From NCBI GenBank assembly GCA_944320495.1, contig CALUHR010000003.1, positions 128,001 through 192,000 of the forward strand: a stretch of DNA of 64,000 bases, given 5' to 3'. Below are positions 9,605-18,726 of this stretch, in pieces (positions within the stretch are counted from its first letter, which is position 1; each line of letters starts with the position of its first letter). Source of the stretch: Candidatus Methanomethylophilaceae archaeon. GTDB lineage: Archaea > Thermoplasmatota > Thermoplasmata > Methanomassiliicoccales > Methanomethylophilaceae. A program made the position numbers and the translations under genes. A model generated the notes under the pieces. That model was given only the letters and a program-made list of their open reading frames with translations, did no database searches and was not told the DNA's origin.

Positions 9605-9690
9605 TTATACATATCTAAAATCGTGCATGTATACTTGCACTGACGTCTGCCCTTTAAATCACGTGTGAGCGAACCACCGTCCCGAGTGAC

Positions 9691-10152
9691 ATGCAACTCA
9701 GGAACGGAAAGGATGAATCGGGAGGCATAGAGGGCCTCCCGCTCCAGCTCATGATCATCATACTGGTGGCGACCATGGGGGCCGCCATACTCGTGGGCTG
9801 GATGGGGAACATAGAGGCGCCCCATTCGATAGGAGATGTCGATGTGGATCCGGACAGCGTCGAGGCCGGTGCCGACGGTACAATCGTCGAAGCCGTCACC
9901 ATCACCGTCACCGACCAGGACGGGAACCTGCTGGAGGGCGCGACAGTCGTCCTCGAGGGTCTCAACGTGAGAGTCTCCGACGACGACGGCTACGAGACCG
10001 CGTATCTCGTCACCGACTCGGAAGGCAAGGTGACGTTCAAAAACCTGAACGTCAGACAGCCTGGGAACACGTCCGTGGGATTCATAGACGTACTGGTGAC
10101 GAAGTCCGGATACGGCGAGAGCAGCGACTGCAGGATCACGGTGGTATTTTGA
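9691..10152 (+). CDS. Pilin-like protein with class III signal peptide and Ig-like domain
   Basis: Charged leader, GG/IEGLP, hydrophobic helix, then VTITVTDQDGNLLEGATV beta-rich domain. Confidence 0.65.
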   Translation: MQLRNGKDESGGIEGLPLQLMIIILVATMGAAILVGWMGNIEAPHSIGDVDVDPDSVEAGADGTIVEAVTITVTDQDGNLLEGATVVLEGLNVRVSDDDGYETAYLVTDSEGKVTFKNLNVRQPGNTSVGFIDVLVTKSGYGESSDCRITVVF

Positions 10153-10571
10153 GGTCCGACGACCGCGGCGTGCTGGACATGCCGGTGAGGCTCGCGGTCG
10201 CCATCCTCATCATAGCCACTGTGACACCTGTACTGATGGGGATGGTCGGTACGGCCGAGGACGTCATGTCGTCATCGGAGGCGGAGGTCGAGGCCGACAG
10301 GCTCTGCGACGGCATTTCAAGGGCATACTACGGCGGCGAGGGTACGATGGTCTCCGTCGAGCTCTCGATCCCACCGGGACAAGCCCTGGAAATGGGCGGG
10401 GACGAGGAATACGTCATCCGCATCCTGGACGGCGGGAGGGAGATCGACAGGGTCTACATCGAGCGCCCCGCCGTCCCCGTGCTCGAACCGGTGAAGATCG
10501 CCGGTAGGACGGTCGTCACGATCCAGAGCGGCGTCTCCGATGGCGACTACGGGGTCTGGGTGTCCGCATGA
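10149..10571 (+). CDS. Pilin-like protein with class III-like signal peptide
   Basis: TTG start overlapping the upstream TGA; DDRG/VLDMP followed by a hydrophobic helix. Confidence 0.6.
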   Translation: MRSDDRGVLDMPVRLAVAILIIATVTPVLMGMVGTAEDVMSSSEAEVEADRLCDGISRAYYGGEGTMVSVELSIPPGQALEMGGDEEYVIRILDGGREIDRVYIERPAVPVLEPVKIAGRTVVTIQSGVSDGDYGVWVSA

Positions 10572-12112
10572 TCGAGTTCACCCTCTCCCGCGTCGTCATG
10601 TGCGTGTGCGGGATCGCGCTGCTCGCCGCCGTCACCGGGATTCTGGGCGCCGTCAACGACGATTCCGAGAACGGGATGATGGACGGGCTCGCCGAGTCGG
10701 TGGCGGACGTCCTGGATAGGTTCGAGGACTCTGAGACGGACGAGCTGACACTGCGCGGAGTGGAGCTGCTGCCGTCCGATGATCATGTCCTGACGGTGTC
10801 CGGACATGTCGTCACCATAACCTGCGGCGACAGGACGTCCAAGGCTGCCACGTCCTACGGCGGGGAGTTCGAGCTCCGCCGTTCGACCGCGGTCACGCTG
10901 TCGAGATCGGTTCCCGAAGGTCTCGGCGATGTGCCTGACGGCATCGGTGAACACGTCGATCTCCTCGGGCGTGTTGTATATGTACGTGGAGGCGCGGGCG
11001 CTGCCGTCGATCCCGCGGGAGACGTAGAAGGGATGTGCGCAGTGCATGCCGGAGCGGATCATCACGCCGGCCATGCTGTCGAGCATCATGCCGATGTCGT
11101 GGGCGCCGAGGCCGTCGATGTTGAACGAGAACACGCCTCCCCTCAGACGGGGCTCCTCGGGACCGACGACATGCAGGCCGCGGACATCCTCGAGGGACGA
11201 GCATATGCGCTCCATGAGCATGAGGTCCCACCTCTCGACCTCGTCCATGCCTATCTTCGACAGGTATTCCAAGGCCGCCTTGGTGCCGATGATGCCGGCG
11301 TAGTCCTGCAGACCCGCCTCGAACCTGTCCGGTATCGGGGCAAGGTTGACGGAGTCGTAGGTGGCCAGTCCGACGGTGCCGCCTCCGAGCTCCAGCGGGC
11401 GCATCCTCTCCAGGACCTCGCGCCTGCCGTACATCACGCCCATGCCGGACGGCCCGAGCATCTTGTGGACGGACATGCAGTAGACGTCCGCCCCAAGATC
11501 CTCGAGGTCTATCGGCATGTGCGGGGCGGCCTGGGCGCCGTCCACTATGACGATGGCACCGTAGTCGTGGGCGATCTCCGCGACCGCCTTCACCGGGACT
11601 GTGCATCCGGTGACGTTGCCCGCATGCTGAACGGAGACCACCTTCACATCATGGTCCATGCACCTGTGGAAAGATTCCAGGTCGAACGTGCCGTCGGCCC
11701 TCGACTTGGTCATGCGCCTCCTTATCCCCACCGTCTCCTGGAGACGGAGCCAGGGCACATGGTTGGAGTTGTGCTCGGTGTCGGTGGTGACCACCACATC
11801 CCCCCTCTTCAGCGGTACGCCGTATGCCGCCGTGTTGAGTGCGCCGGTGCAGTTGCGCGTGAACGCATAGCAGTCGGGATCCTTCGTGTGGAAGAAGCGG
11901 GCGAGGGTCTCGCGGGTCTCGTCGATGGCGATGGACACGCGTGTCGCCATGGAGTGGACGCTGCGGCCCCCGCAGGCGGGGTAGTCCTCGTAGTACTCGG
12001 TGATCGCACGTATGACGCTGTCCGGCCTGAGGGACTGGCATGCACTGTCCAGATAGATCCCCTTGCCCTTGCGGATGGTCGGGAAGTCCGCACGCACCGA
12101 GTCGACGTCCAT
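10547..12112 (-). CDS. sufS: Cysteine desulfurase, SufS/CsdA family (inferred true end CGA 10907-10909)
   Basis: YLDSACQSLRP, EHNSNHVPW, VDGAQAAPH, SVHKMLGPSG (PLP Lys), RSGMHCAHP, RASTYIYN. Confidence 0.92.
   Translation of the reverse strand: MDVDSVRADFPTIRKGKGIYLDSACQSLRPDSVIRAITEYYEDYPACGGRSVHSMATRVSIAIDETRETLARFFHTKDPDCYAFTRNCTGALNTAAYGVPLKRGDVVVTTDTEHNSNHVPWLRLQETVGIRRRMTKSRADGTFDLESFHRCMDHDVKVVSVQHAGNVTGCTVPVKAVAEIAHDYGAIVIVDGAQAAPHMPIDLEDLGADVYCMSVHKMLGPSGMGVMYGRREVLERMRPLELGGGTVGLATYDSVNLAPIPDRFEAGLQDYAGIIGTKAALEYLSKIGMDEVERWDLMLMERICSSLEDVRGLHVVGPEEPRLRGGVFSFNIDGLGAHDIGMMLDSMAGVMIRSGMHCAHPFYVSRGIDGSARASTYIYNTPEEIDVFTDAVRHIAETFGNRSRQRDRGRTAELELPAVGRGSLGRPVAAGYGDDMSGHRQDMIIGRQQLHSAQCQLVRLRVLEPIQDVRHRLGEPVHHPVLGIVVDGAQNPGDGGEQRDPAHAHDDAGEGELDHADTQTP
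10568..11128 (+). CDS. Membrane-anchored pilin-associated hypothetical protein (end shown is the first in-frame CGA; standard code runs to 12283 antisense through sufS)
   Basis: ATGA coupling and N-terminal TM MIEFTLSRVVMCVCGIALL. The C-terminal end is uncertain. Confidence 0.5.
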
Positions 12113-12206
12113 GACGGTACGATGGGCTTCGCCGTAATAAGACCTGGGTATGCGCCGGAGCGCGGAGTTCGCCATCTTTATAGTCGCGCCATCCATCATC
12201 TCGGAC

Positions 12207-13112
12207 ATGGCATCGCTGAAAACCCGCGTCGGGACGCTGGACCTCGAGAGGCCCGGCATGGTCGCGTCCGGGATCATGGATGAGACCGGACCGTCGCTGG
12301 TGCGCATGATGGAATGCGGCTGCGGTGCGGTTGTCACTAAATCGATAGGGCTGCAGCCCAACCAGGGCCACGCCAATCCCTGCTTCACCGAGGTGGACGG
12401 CGGATACGTGAACGCCATGGGGCTCCCCAACCCGGGAATCGAGGAGTTCGCCTCCGAGATGGAGGTCGCTGTGAGGGCGGGGCCCGTCATCGGATCGATA
12501 TACGGAGCCGGACCAGGGGACTTCTCCGAACTCGCCGGCAGGATGGAGGACTACGGTGCCAGCGCCGTGGAGCTGAACCTCTCCTGCCCCCACGCCAAGG
12601 GATTCGGCATGGAGGTCGGGACCGACCCGGCCATGGTCGGATCCATCGTCTCCGCCGTGAAGTCGGCGGTATCCATACCCGTATGGGCCAAGCTCACGCC
12701 CAACACCCACATCCTGCAGGACATCGGACGTGCGGTGCAGGACGCCGGCGGTGACGCAATCGTCGCGATCAACACCTTGAAGGCCATGGTCATCGAGCCG
12801 GAGTTCGCCAGGCCGCTCCTGAGCAACAGGTTCGGCGGGCTCTCGGGGAAGTGCCTCCTGCCGGTCGGCGTCAGGGCGATCTACGACCTGAGAACGGCCG
12901 TCGACATCCCTCTGGTGGGTGTCGGAGGCATCGAGACCTGGAGGGACGCGGCCCAGTACATCATGGCCGGCGCATCCGCGTTCCAGATCGGCAGCGCCGT
13001 CGGGACGATAGGGCCGGAGGTCTTCTCCTTGATAAACGACGACCTTTCGGCATTCATGGACGAGTACGGCTACGGCCACATCTCCGACATGGTGGGGGTG
13101 GCCCATGACTGA
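12207..13112 (+). CDS. pyrD: Dihydroorotate dehydrogenase B, catalytic subunit
   Basis: VASG, VVTKS, NAMGLPNPG, ELNLSCPH, AKLTPN, GGLSG, GVGGI. Confidence 0.95.
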   Translation: MASLKTRVGTLDLERPGMVASGIMDETGPSLVRMMECGCGAVVTKSIGLQPNQGHANPCFTEVDGGYVNAMGLPNPGIEEFASEMEVAVRAGPVIGSIYGAGPGDFSELAGRMEDYGASAVELNLSCPHAKGFGMEVGTDPAMVGSIVSAVKSAVSIPVWAKLTPNTHILQDIGRAVQDAGGDAIVAINTLKAMVIEPEFARPLLSNRFGGLSGKCLLPVGVRAIYDLRTAVDIPLVGVGGIETWRDAAQYIMAGASAFQIGSAVGTIGPEVFSLINDDLSAFMDEYGYGHISDMVGVAHD

Positions 13113-13869
13113 CGTCGTGAGGATCGTCGATGTCGTGGACGAATGCTACGACACTAAGACGTTCGTCTTCGAGTGGGGCGCCGAGGTCAGGCCTGGACAG
13201 TTCGTCATGGTCTGGGTCCCCGGCGTGGACGAGATCCCCATGTCCGTCTCGGGCATCGACGGGAACAGGAAGAGCATTACCGTCAAGGCGATCGGAGAGG
13301 CCACCAGGGCCATACACCAGCTCAAGGCAGGCGACCACCTGAGGATCCGCGGGCCCTTCGGCAACGGGTTCGACCTCGGTTGCGGGGAGATGCTGATCAT
13401 CGGCGGAGGCGTGGGCACCGCCGCCATCATGCCCGCAGTGAAGGCCACCGGAGCGGACACGATCATCGCCGCGCGCTCGGACAGGGACGTCATCATGGAA
13501 TCCGTAGCATCCGGCAGCGCCGGGAGCCTCTGGATCGCCACCGACGACGGCAGCCGCGGGTTCCACGGCAACGCCGTCCAGCTCATGAGGGAGCGCATCG
13601 CCGAGAAGCACTACGACTGCGTGCTCGCCTGCGGACCCGAGGTCATGCTCTGGTTCACCTACAAGGCTTGCGAGGAGCTCGGCGTGGACTGCCAGCTCTC
13701 ATTGGAGAGGTACATGAAATGCGGCGCCGGCGTCTGCGGCTGCTGTGTGATGGACGACTCCCGCGTCTGCAGGGACGGACCGGTCTTCACCAGGGACCAG
13801 CTCTCGAAACTCACCGAATTCGGGAAGTCCAAGAGGGACGCCTGCGGACGCGTCGTGAGCTTCAGATGA
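13105..13869 (+). CDS. pyrK: Dihydroorotate dehydrogenase electron transfer subunit
   Basis: PGQFVM, RGPFGNGF, GGGVG, ACGPEVM, LERYMKCGAGVCGCC [2Fe-2S] motif. Confidence 0.95.
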   Translation: MTDVVRIVDVVDECYDTKTFVFEWGAEVRPGQFVMVWVPGVDEIPMSVSGIDGNRKSITVKAIGEATRAIHQLKAGDHLRIRGPFGNGFDLGCGEMLIIGGGVGTAAIMPAVKATGADTIIAARSDRDVIMESVASGSAGSLWIATDDGSRGFHGNAVQLMRERIAEKHYDCVLACGPEVMLWFTYKACEELGVDCQLSLERYMKCGAGVCGCCVMDDSRVCRDGPVFTRDQLSKLTEFGKSKRDACGRVVSFR

Positions 13870-14300
13870 CTCAGGCGGGCCACATCACGGTGGTCCACGG
13901 GAACCTCACCGTGGACGTCCCCCGCAGGCTGTTCAGGGGACCGGACTGCGAGATAGACGAGGAGGCCGCCAGACCATTCAGGGACATGGTCAGGGCCAGG
14001 TACCCGTGGGTCTCCGAGAGCTCCATGGACGTCCTGATGAGCAAGGCCCGCAAGGAGATGATCCGCGTCATCGACGAGGAGACCGGAGGCAGGAGCCACA
14101 GCTCCAACCTCGCCCAGCAGGGCAAGCTCGACGAGGCGATTGCCCACATGAGGCTCCACATAGAGCAGGACCCAGAGGATGCGGACTCGTGGTACGCCCT
14201 CGGGAACCTGCTCTGCCAGGCCGGAAGGACCGACGAGGGATACAGGGCGTTCAACAGGGGACGCGAGCTCGCTCAGAAGGCCCAGAGAAGAGGTCGTTGA
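13866..14300 (+). CDS. TPR-containing hypothetical protein
   Basis: ATGA-coupled to pyrK; C-terminal TPR (DPEDADSWYALGNLL). Confidence 0.75.
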   Translation: MTQAGHITVVHGNLTVDVPRRLFRGPDCEIDEEAARPFRDMVRARYPWVSESSMDVLMSKARKEMIRVIDEETGGRSHSSNLAQQGKLDEAIAHMRLHIEQDPEDADSWYALGNLLCQAGRTDEGYRAFNRGRELAQKAQRRGR

Positions 14301-15111
14301 TCGCTTCGACGACCTCCGGGACCGTGGCGCCCCACGGAACGCGCACGACGTCTCCGTCGCGCTCGTGACCCTGCTTCACCTTGCAGCATTTCACTATCGT
14401 CCTCTCCCCCGGAACGACGTAGTCCGCAGGGCAGACGTTTATGAACACGGGAACGTCGGAGCCGTACAGCTCACGGTAGATCCTGCGGGACAGATGGCAT
14501 CCTATCAGCGTGACCTCGCCGTCGACCTCGGGCGCATCGTCCAGGAAGAGGAACGGACGGTCCGCGGTGAGATGGGAGACCCTGCACGGGAACATGACGA
14601 TGGGCGTGAACACATCCGACACACGGTCGGCCATGTCTATGATGCGGTCCTCGGGGATTATTGGATGCTCCACGAAACCGGATGCGAGCGCCCTGCGGAC
14701 GAGAACCCCGAGCTTCGAGGGCGACGGGGGCACGTTGTCCACCACGACGAGGCTCTGCGGCTCCAGGTCCTTCACGTAGCTTATGTGCGAGAACATCCCG
14801 CGGACCACCACGGCCTTGCCCGGATGCCTCGCCTGCACCTCGGCCATGGCCGGGAGGTTGAGGACATCCAGGTCCGGGATCTCCTCGAAAACCGTGTCTT
14901 CGGGCATTGACACGATCTCATAGCCGTCCAGATCCCTGAAGAGACCTGTGCCGGGATGCTTGCGGAGCTCCACCACGGCGTATTCGTCCCCGTTCCTGAG
15001 GACAAGAGCCTCCGTGCGGACGTATGACCTCCAGCCGTCCATCAGGGACGCAACGGATTCGCGGGTCAGCGGCACATCCACATCCTTCATGGAGACATCC
15101 TTGCAGTGCAT
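14251..15111 (-). CDS. Conserved hypothetical Cys-containing protein (possible true end CGA 14269-14271)
   Basis: Coding-like codon bias and GAGGG upstream of MHCKDVS; IGCHLS, NVCP, KCCK motifs. Confidence 0.75.
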   Translation of the reverse strand: MHCKDVSMKDVDVPLTRESVASLMDGWRSYVRTEALVLRNGDEYAVVELRKHPGTGLFRDLDGYEIVSMPEDTVFEEIPDLDVLNLPAMAEVQARHPGKAVVVRGMFSHISYVKDLEPQSLVVVDNVPPSPSKLGVLVRRALASGFVEHPIIPEDRIIDMADRVSDVFTPIVMFPCRVSHLTADRPFLFLDDAPEVDGEVTLIGCHLSRRIYRELYGSDVPVFINVCPADYVVPGERTIVKCCKVKQGHERDGDVVRVPWGATVPEVVEAINDLFSGPSERARVPC

Positions 15112-15186
15112 CAGCCCTCGATGCGGGAGCCAGTATAAAGGGGTGGCCTCAACGATTATATAGAACTGATGAATCGGGTGATTCAA

Positions 15187-15260
15187 GTCGGGGTACCACA
15201 GCGGCCATGGGGCGGACTGCAGATCCGTTTATGGGGGTTCAACTCCCTCCCCCGACTCCA
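15187..15260 (+). tRNA. tRNA-Cys(GCA)
   Basis: Acceptor GTCGGGG/CCCCGAC, anticodon arm GCGGA-CTGCAGA-TCCGT, T-loop TTCAACT, U73 discriminator, encoded CCA. Confidence 0.95.
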
Positions 15261-15316
15261 TACAATTTATGAGAATTGGTGTTTCGTTCCCGGTCCTATT
15301 GGACCGGGAGTTGGGT

Positions 15317-15802
15317 TCAGTCCTCGCCCTCCTCGTCGTCCTCGCCGAGCATCAGACGGACCATGAACTCGTCCGATGTCTCACCGAAGGCCTCTATGAG
15401 GGCGTCGTCCTCCACATACATGCCGTAGGCGGTGCCGTCGTAGGACACGAACACGGAGGCGGCGAAGGGCTCGCCGTCGTACTCCTTGTCGAGATACTCG
15501 TCTATCTCGTCGTTACGGTCGTCGATGGCCTCGTAGACCTCGTCCATGCACTCCTCCTCGAACATCTCCTCCAGGGGGTAGGCCCCCGGATCGACGTAGA
15601 AGTCGTCGAACTCTGGATAGTCGTACTGGACCATGAGCGCCCTGGACCCTACTGCATCCGCGAACTTCAGCACCGAGTAGATGTCGTTGGAACCGACCTG
15701 CACCGGTCCGGTCATCGGTTCGAGGGCACCAGCCACCTCGAACACCGGGATGTCCGCTCTCGCCCTGATATCCTCCATCGTCGGTATGACGCTCTGCTTC
15801 AT
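15317..15802 (-). CDS. Acidic hypothetical protein
   Basis: 161-aa Asp/Glu-rich ORF with coding-like codon usage. Confidence 0.7.
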   Translation of the reverse strand: MKQSVIPTMEDIRARADIPVFEVAGALEPMTGPVQVGSNDIYSVLKFADAVGSRALMVQYDYPEFDDFYVDPGAYPLEEMFEEECMDEVYEAIDDRNDEIDEYLDKEYDGEPFAASVFVSYDGTAYGMYVEDDALIEAFGETSDEFMVRLMLGEDDEEGED

Positions 15803-15921
15803 GGATTTGGAATCTCATCCCAGACGTATAATTGTACCCTCTATGGGCCAGCCACAAGACACCTGGCATGTGCCAGACGTACGATTCCCGATGCTTGCGC
15901 CCTGTGACCGGACATACGCGG

Positions 15922-15953
15922 CGAAGCAAAGCTATATAAAAGGCATTTAAATA
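15922..15953 (+). promoter_or_regulatory. BRE/TATA promoter of tbp (two TATA-like boxes)
   Basis: Purine-rich CGAAGCAAAG, then TATATAAAA (15933-15941) and TTTAAATA (15946-15953), upstream of ATG 15972. Confidence 0.55.
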
Positions 15954-15971
15954 GCCCGATTCGGTGCTTAG

Positions 15972-16520
15972 ATGGCAAAGATGAACATCGAGAATGTGGT
16001 CGCCTCTACCTATCTCGGCCAGGAGCTCGACCTCAACAGGATTGAGGAGGCTCTGGAGGGCGCCGAATACAACCCTCAGCAGTTCCCCGGACTCGTCTAC
16101 AGGCTCAAGGAGCCCAAGACCGCTACCCTGATCTTCAGGAGCGGAAAGGTCGTCTGCACGGGAGCCAAGTGCAGGGACGACGTCAAGGTCGCAATCTCGA
16201 AGGTGGCCAAGGATCTCGAGAAGGCCGATGTCCACATCACCATCGAACCCAAGATCGAGGTGCAGAACATCGTCGCATCCTCCGACCTCGAGCAGGAGAT
16301 CAACCTCAACACGGTCGCCATCACACTCGGTCTGGAGAAGGTCGAGTACGAGCCCGAGCAGTTCCCCGGACTCGTCTACAGGCTGGACGACCCCAAGGTC
16401 GTCGTCCTGCTCTTCGGATCCGGCAAGATGGTCTGCACCGGCGCGAAGGTCCCCGAGGACGTCACCCGCGCCGTAGACAAGATCGCCGCGGAGCTCAGGG
16501 CCGCCAGCCTGATGAGCTGA
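15972..16520 (+). CDS. tbp: TATA-box binding protein
   Basis: Two repeats NVVAS...YNPQQFPGLVYRL / NIVAS...YEPEQFPGLVYRL; LIFRSGKVVCTGAK. Confidence 0.98.
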   Translation: MAKMNIENVVASTYLGQELDLNRIEEALEGAEYNPQQFPGLVYRLKEPKTATLIFRSGKVVCTGAKCRDDVKVAISKVAKDLEKADVHITIEPKIEVQNIVASSDLEQEINLNTVAITLGLEKVEYEPEQFPGLVYRLDDPKVVVLLFGSGKMVCTGAKVPEDVTRAVDKIAAELRAASLMS

Positions 16521-16558
16521 ACCGAGGGCGCCGGAAGGCGTCCTCCGGGAAAACACCC

Positions 16559-16963
16559 TTACTCCTTCTTCCCAACTATCGCTTCAGGATCCGTCCACGC
16601 ATATCCCGAATCATGCAGGATGTGCAGGGATTCACCGAACCTCCCCTCCTTGACGAGGACGTAGTCAGTGTCGTAAGTCGAGACGACGAAGATCGCTATG
16701 CCGGCATCCGCGAGGACGCGCGATATCCCCGCCAGGACTCCGACCATCGAGAATTCGAGCTGTCCCGCAATCCTGAACGCCCTCCATCCGTCGTCGCGCT
16801 CCACTGTATTTCCAGGAACCATGTCGGTTGGACAGACCACTGAGGTCTCGTCGTCCGTCCTGCCGATGAACAGCGGCTCCGAATCCGGATCCACCTGCGA
16901 CAGGTCCGCGACCTTGCACACCGAGAGGGCCTGAGGCAGAGGCTGGATGGTCAGACCAGTCAT
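16559..16963 (-). CDS. ACT domain protein (CASTOR/ACT_7-like)
   Basis: GWRAFRIAGQLEFSMVGVLAGIS...IFVVSTYDTDYVLV. Confidence 0.9.
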   Translation of the reverse strand: MTGLTIQPLPQALSVCKVADLSQVDPDSEPLFIGRTDDETSVVCPTDMVPGNTVERDDGWRAFRIAGQLEFSMVGVLAGISRVLADAGIAIFVVSTYDTDYVLVKEGRFGESLHILHDSGYAWTDPEAIVGKKE

Positions 16964-17343
16964 TGGATCACGACGACGGTGTCTGCGATCGCCCTCTTGA
17001 GCTCCTTGAGGGCCTGATGGGTGACCTTCTCCTCCTTGACGGAGGGGCCGATCTCCCGGAGGTACTTCGCGTAGAGCTTCGGCGATATGTCCTTGGCGGA
17101 GGCCAGCACGAGCAGATCCTCCTCGTCCCCCGTGTCCAGGGAGTCGATGTCCCCACCGTAATAGGCAGCGGCCATCCTGTAGAAGCGTATGTCGGTGTTG
17201 AGGAACTCCGCGATGTCCAGGAAATCCGCCGAGTTATCCGGCTCCTCGAAGGCACGCATTATGAACTTCTCGCGCTCGGAGAGCTTCCGGTCCGCCCCTG
17301 TGGAAAATCTATCGGCCAAATCCCTCCTCTCTACTCTTATCAT
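16960..17343 (-). CDS. Hypothetical protein
   Basis: Coding-like ORF coupled to the ACT gene. Start placed at MIRVERR; the track extension to 17409 contains an in-frame CGA. Confidence 0.6.
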   Translation of the reverse strand: MIRVERRDLADRFSTGADRKLSEREKFIMRAFEEPDNSADFLDIAEFLNTDIRFYRMAAAYYGGDIDSLDTGDEEDLLVLASAKDISPKLYAKYLREIGPSVKEEKVTHQALKELKRAIADTVVVIQ

Positions 17344-17405
17344 GGTATCACACTGAATCTTCGATCCATTCCATCGGTGAATGTCTATCCGCATCCTCCG
17401 ACCGA

Positions 17406-18173
17406 TCACGTCTTGAGAGCATCCGCAAAATCAGCCCTCTTCGACCAACTCACAGGATTCATGCCATACTCCTCAGAGGCTTTGGTGAACTCCTTCACCC
17501 TATTCTTCGATTCCGTATCATCTATCAAAAGATACAGTTCTACATCCTGCCTCTTCTGGAGATCCTGGAAGACCAACAATTGATCCGCGAACTTCGATTT
17601 CGTCGGTTGGACCACCAGCTGTATGATCCGACGGGGTTCCTTTGATGACCTCTCCGACAGGATGAAATCCACATGATGAGTGAAACTGCCACCCTGTAGC
17701 AAGACATTGCTGCTATGAGGTATTCCAGCACCACAGAGCCAATCAGAGACATCGTAGAAGAACAGATTCGCCACATGATCCCTGGAGGTATAATACAGAT
17801 CATCGATGGCCTGCATGGATTGAACAAGATTGTGTTTCTTCGATGGGAAATCATCTGCATTGCTGTAAACACAGATGCAGTCTCCATTCAACATCGTTCC
17901 ATAACCATTGAGGATCGAACTAACGAATTTTTCCCTCTTGCCAGAAAGAACGTCACATCCTGATGACCTGAGATCACGTATCGTGTGACCATCGTCGGTT
18001 AGTAGATATCCTCCATCCTCCTCCTTGACATAAATCTCGAAATTATCATTGTGCCTATCAAGGAAAGGGGTTGTTATCGAGAACCAACCGTCAGACTCCG
18101 CCTGAATCAAAATATTGTCACGAAGCCACCTGACATAGCTGTCCGTCAGACTGTCAATATCTGCCCTGGTCAT
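17406..18173 (-). CDS. DUF1828/DUF1829 domain protein (C-terminal restriction-endonuclease-like domain)
   Basis: ITTPFLDRHNDNFEIYV...LTDDGHTI and GGSFTHHVDFIL motifs; AT-rich. Confidence 0.8.
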   Translation of the reverse strand: MTRADIDSLTDSYVRWLRDNILIQAESDGWFSITTPFLDRHNDNFEIYVKEEDGGYLLTDDGHTIRDLRSSGCDVLSGKREKFVSSILNGYGTMLNGDCICVYSNADDFPSKKHNLVQSMQAIDDLYYTSRDHVANLFFYDVSDWLCGAGIPHSSNVLLQGGSFTHHVDFILSERSSKEPRRIIQLVVQPTKSKFADQLLVFQDLQKRQDVELYLLIDDTESKNRVKEFTKASEEYGMNPVSWSKRADFADALKT

Positions 18174-18678
18174 CGAATGTCCCCTGAATCGGAATGCTAT
18201 CTATATTACAGAACCCCAGGAACTTGAAAAACACTTGTCCCATATCCTCGTAGGAATCAATATCCAATAGATCCTTGGGACGATATGCCCACTTGTCTTC
18301 GAATCCCTCACGGTATATGTGGATGTGAGGTTCTTTGATAAAACGGCGACCCGCGTATCCTGGCTGAATATCCTTCAGCCAATCTCCGTCGCCAAGCTCC
18401 AATTCCACAGGAGGATTCGTATGTGAACCGCCAACATCCAGCCTTACAAGACTGTATGTCTTTGAATATCTGGTCTGGAAAGTGTACTTTAGAATCACCC
18501 TCCCACGTTCCACATCCAAAGTAAAGATATCATGGAGATTGCTCGTGTAGAGATCTATGTGTCTATCTGTTCCTGGGCTGATAACGACACTGCGACAATC
18601 AGAGAACTTCTTTCTGGATATCAGCTCGAATACCTGCTCTTGAGAAAGATTTGGGTGGGCCGTAGCATCAGAATCCAT
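18154..18678 (-). CDS. DUF6978-like protein
   Basis: LVRLDVGGSHTNP and PHIHIYREGFEDKWAY motifs; overlaps the DUF1828 start; AT-rich. Confidence 0.7.
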   Translation of the reverse strand: MDSDATAHPNLSQEQVFELISRKKFSDCRSVVISPGTDRHIDLYTSNLHDIFTLDVERGRVILKYTFQTRYSKTYSLVRLDVGGSHTNPPVELELGDGDWLKDIQPGYAGRRFIKEPHIHIYREGFEDKWAYRPKDLLDIDSYEDMGQVFFKFLGFCNIDSIPIQGTFDDQGRY

Positions 18679-18726
18679 ACGAATCCTGATAGATATGCGA
18701 ATATATATGAGTATTCGATTGCTTAT

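Noticed and set aside
15187-15260. Atypical D-arm suggesting tRNA-Pyl or tRNA-Sec
   Set aside because: GCA anticodon, U73 and a short variable loop fit ordinary tRNA-Cys.
17374-17376. In-frame CGA apparently inside ORF 16960-17409 (possible counter-example)
   Set aside because: Lies upstream of the likely start (17343) in an AT-rich, non-coding-like extension, so it neither supports nor refutes the hypothesis.
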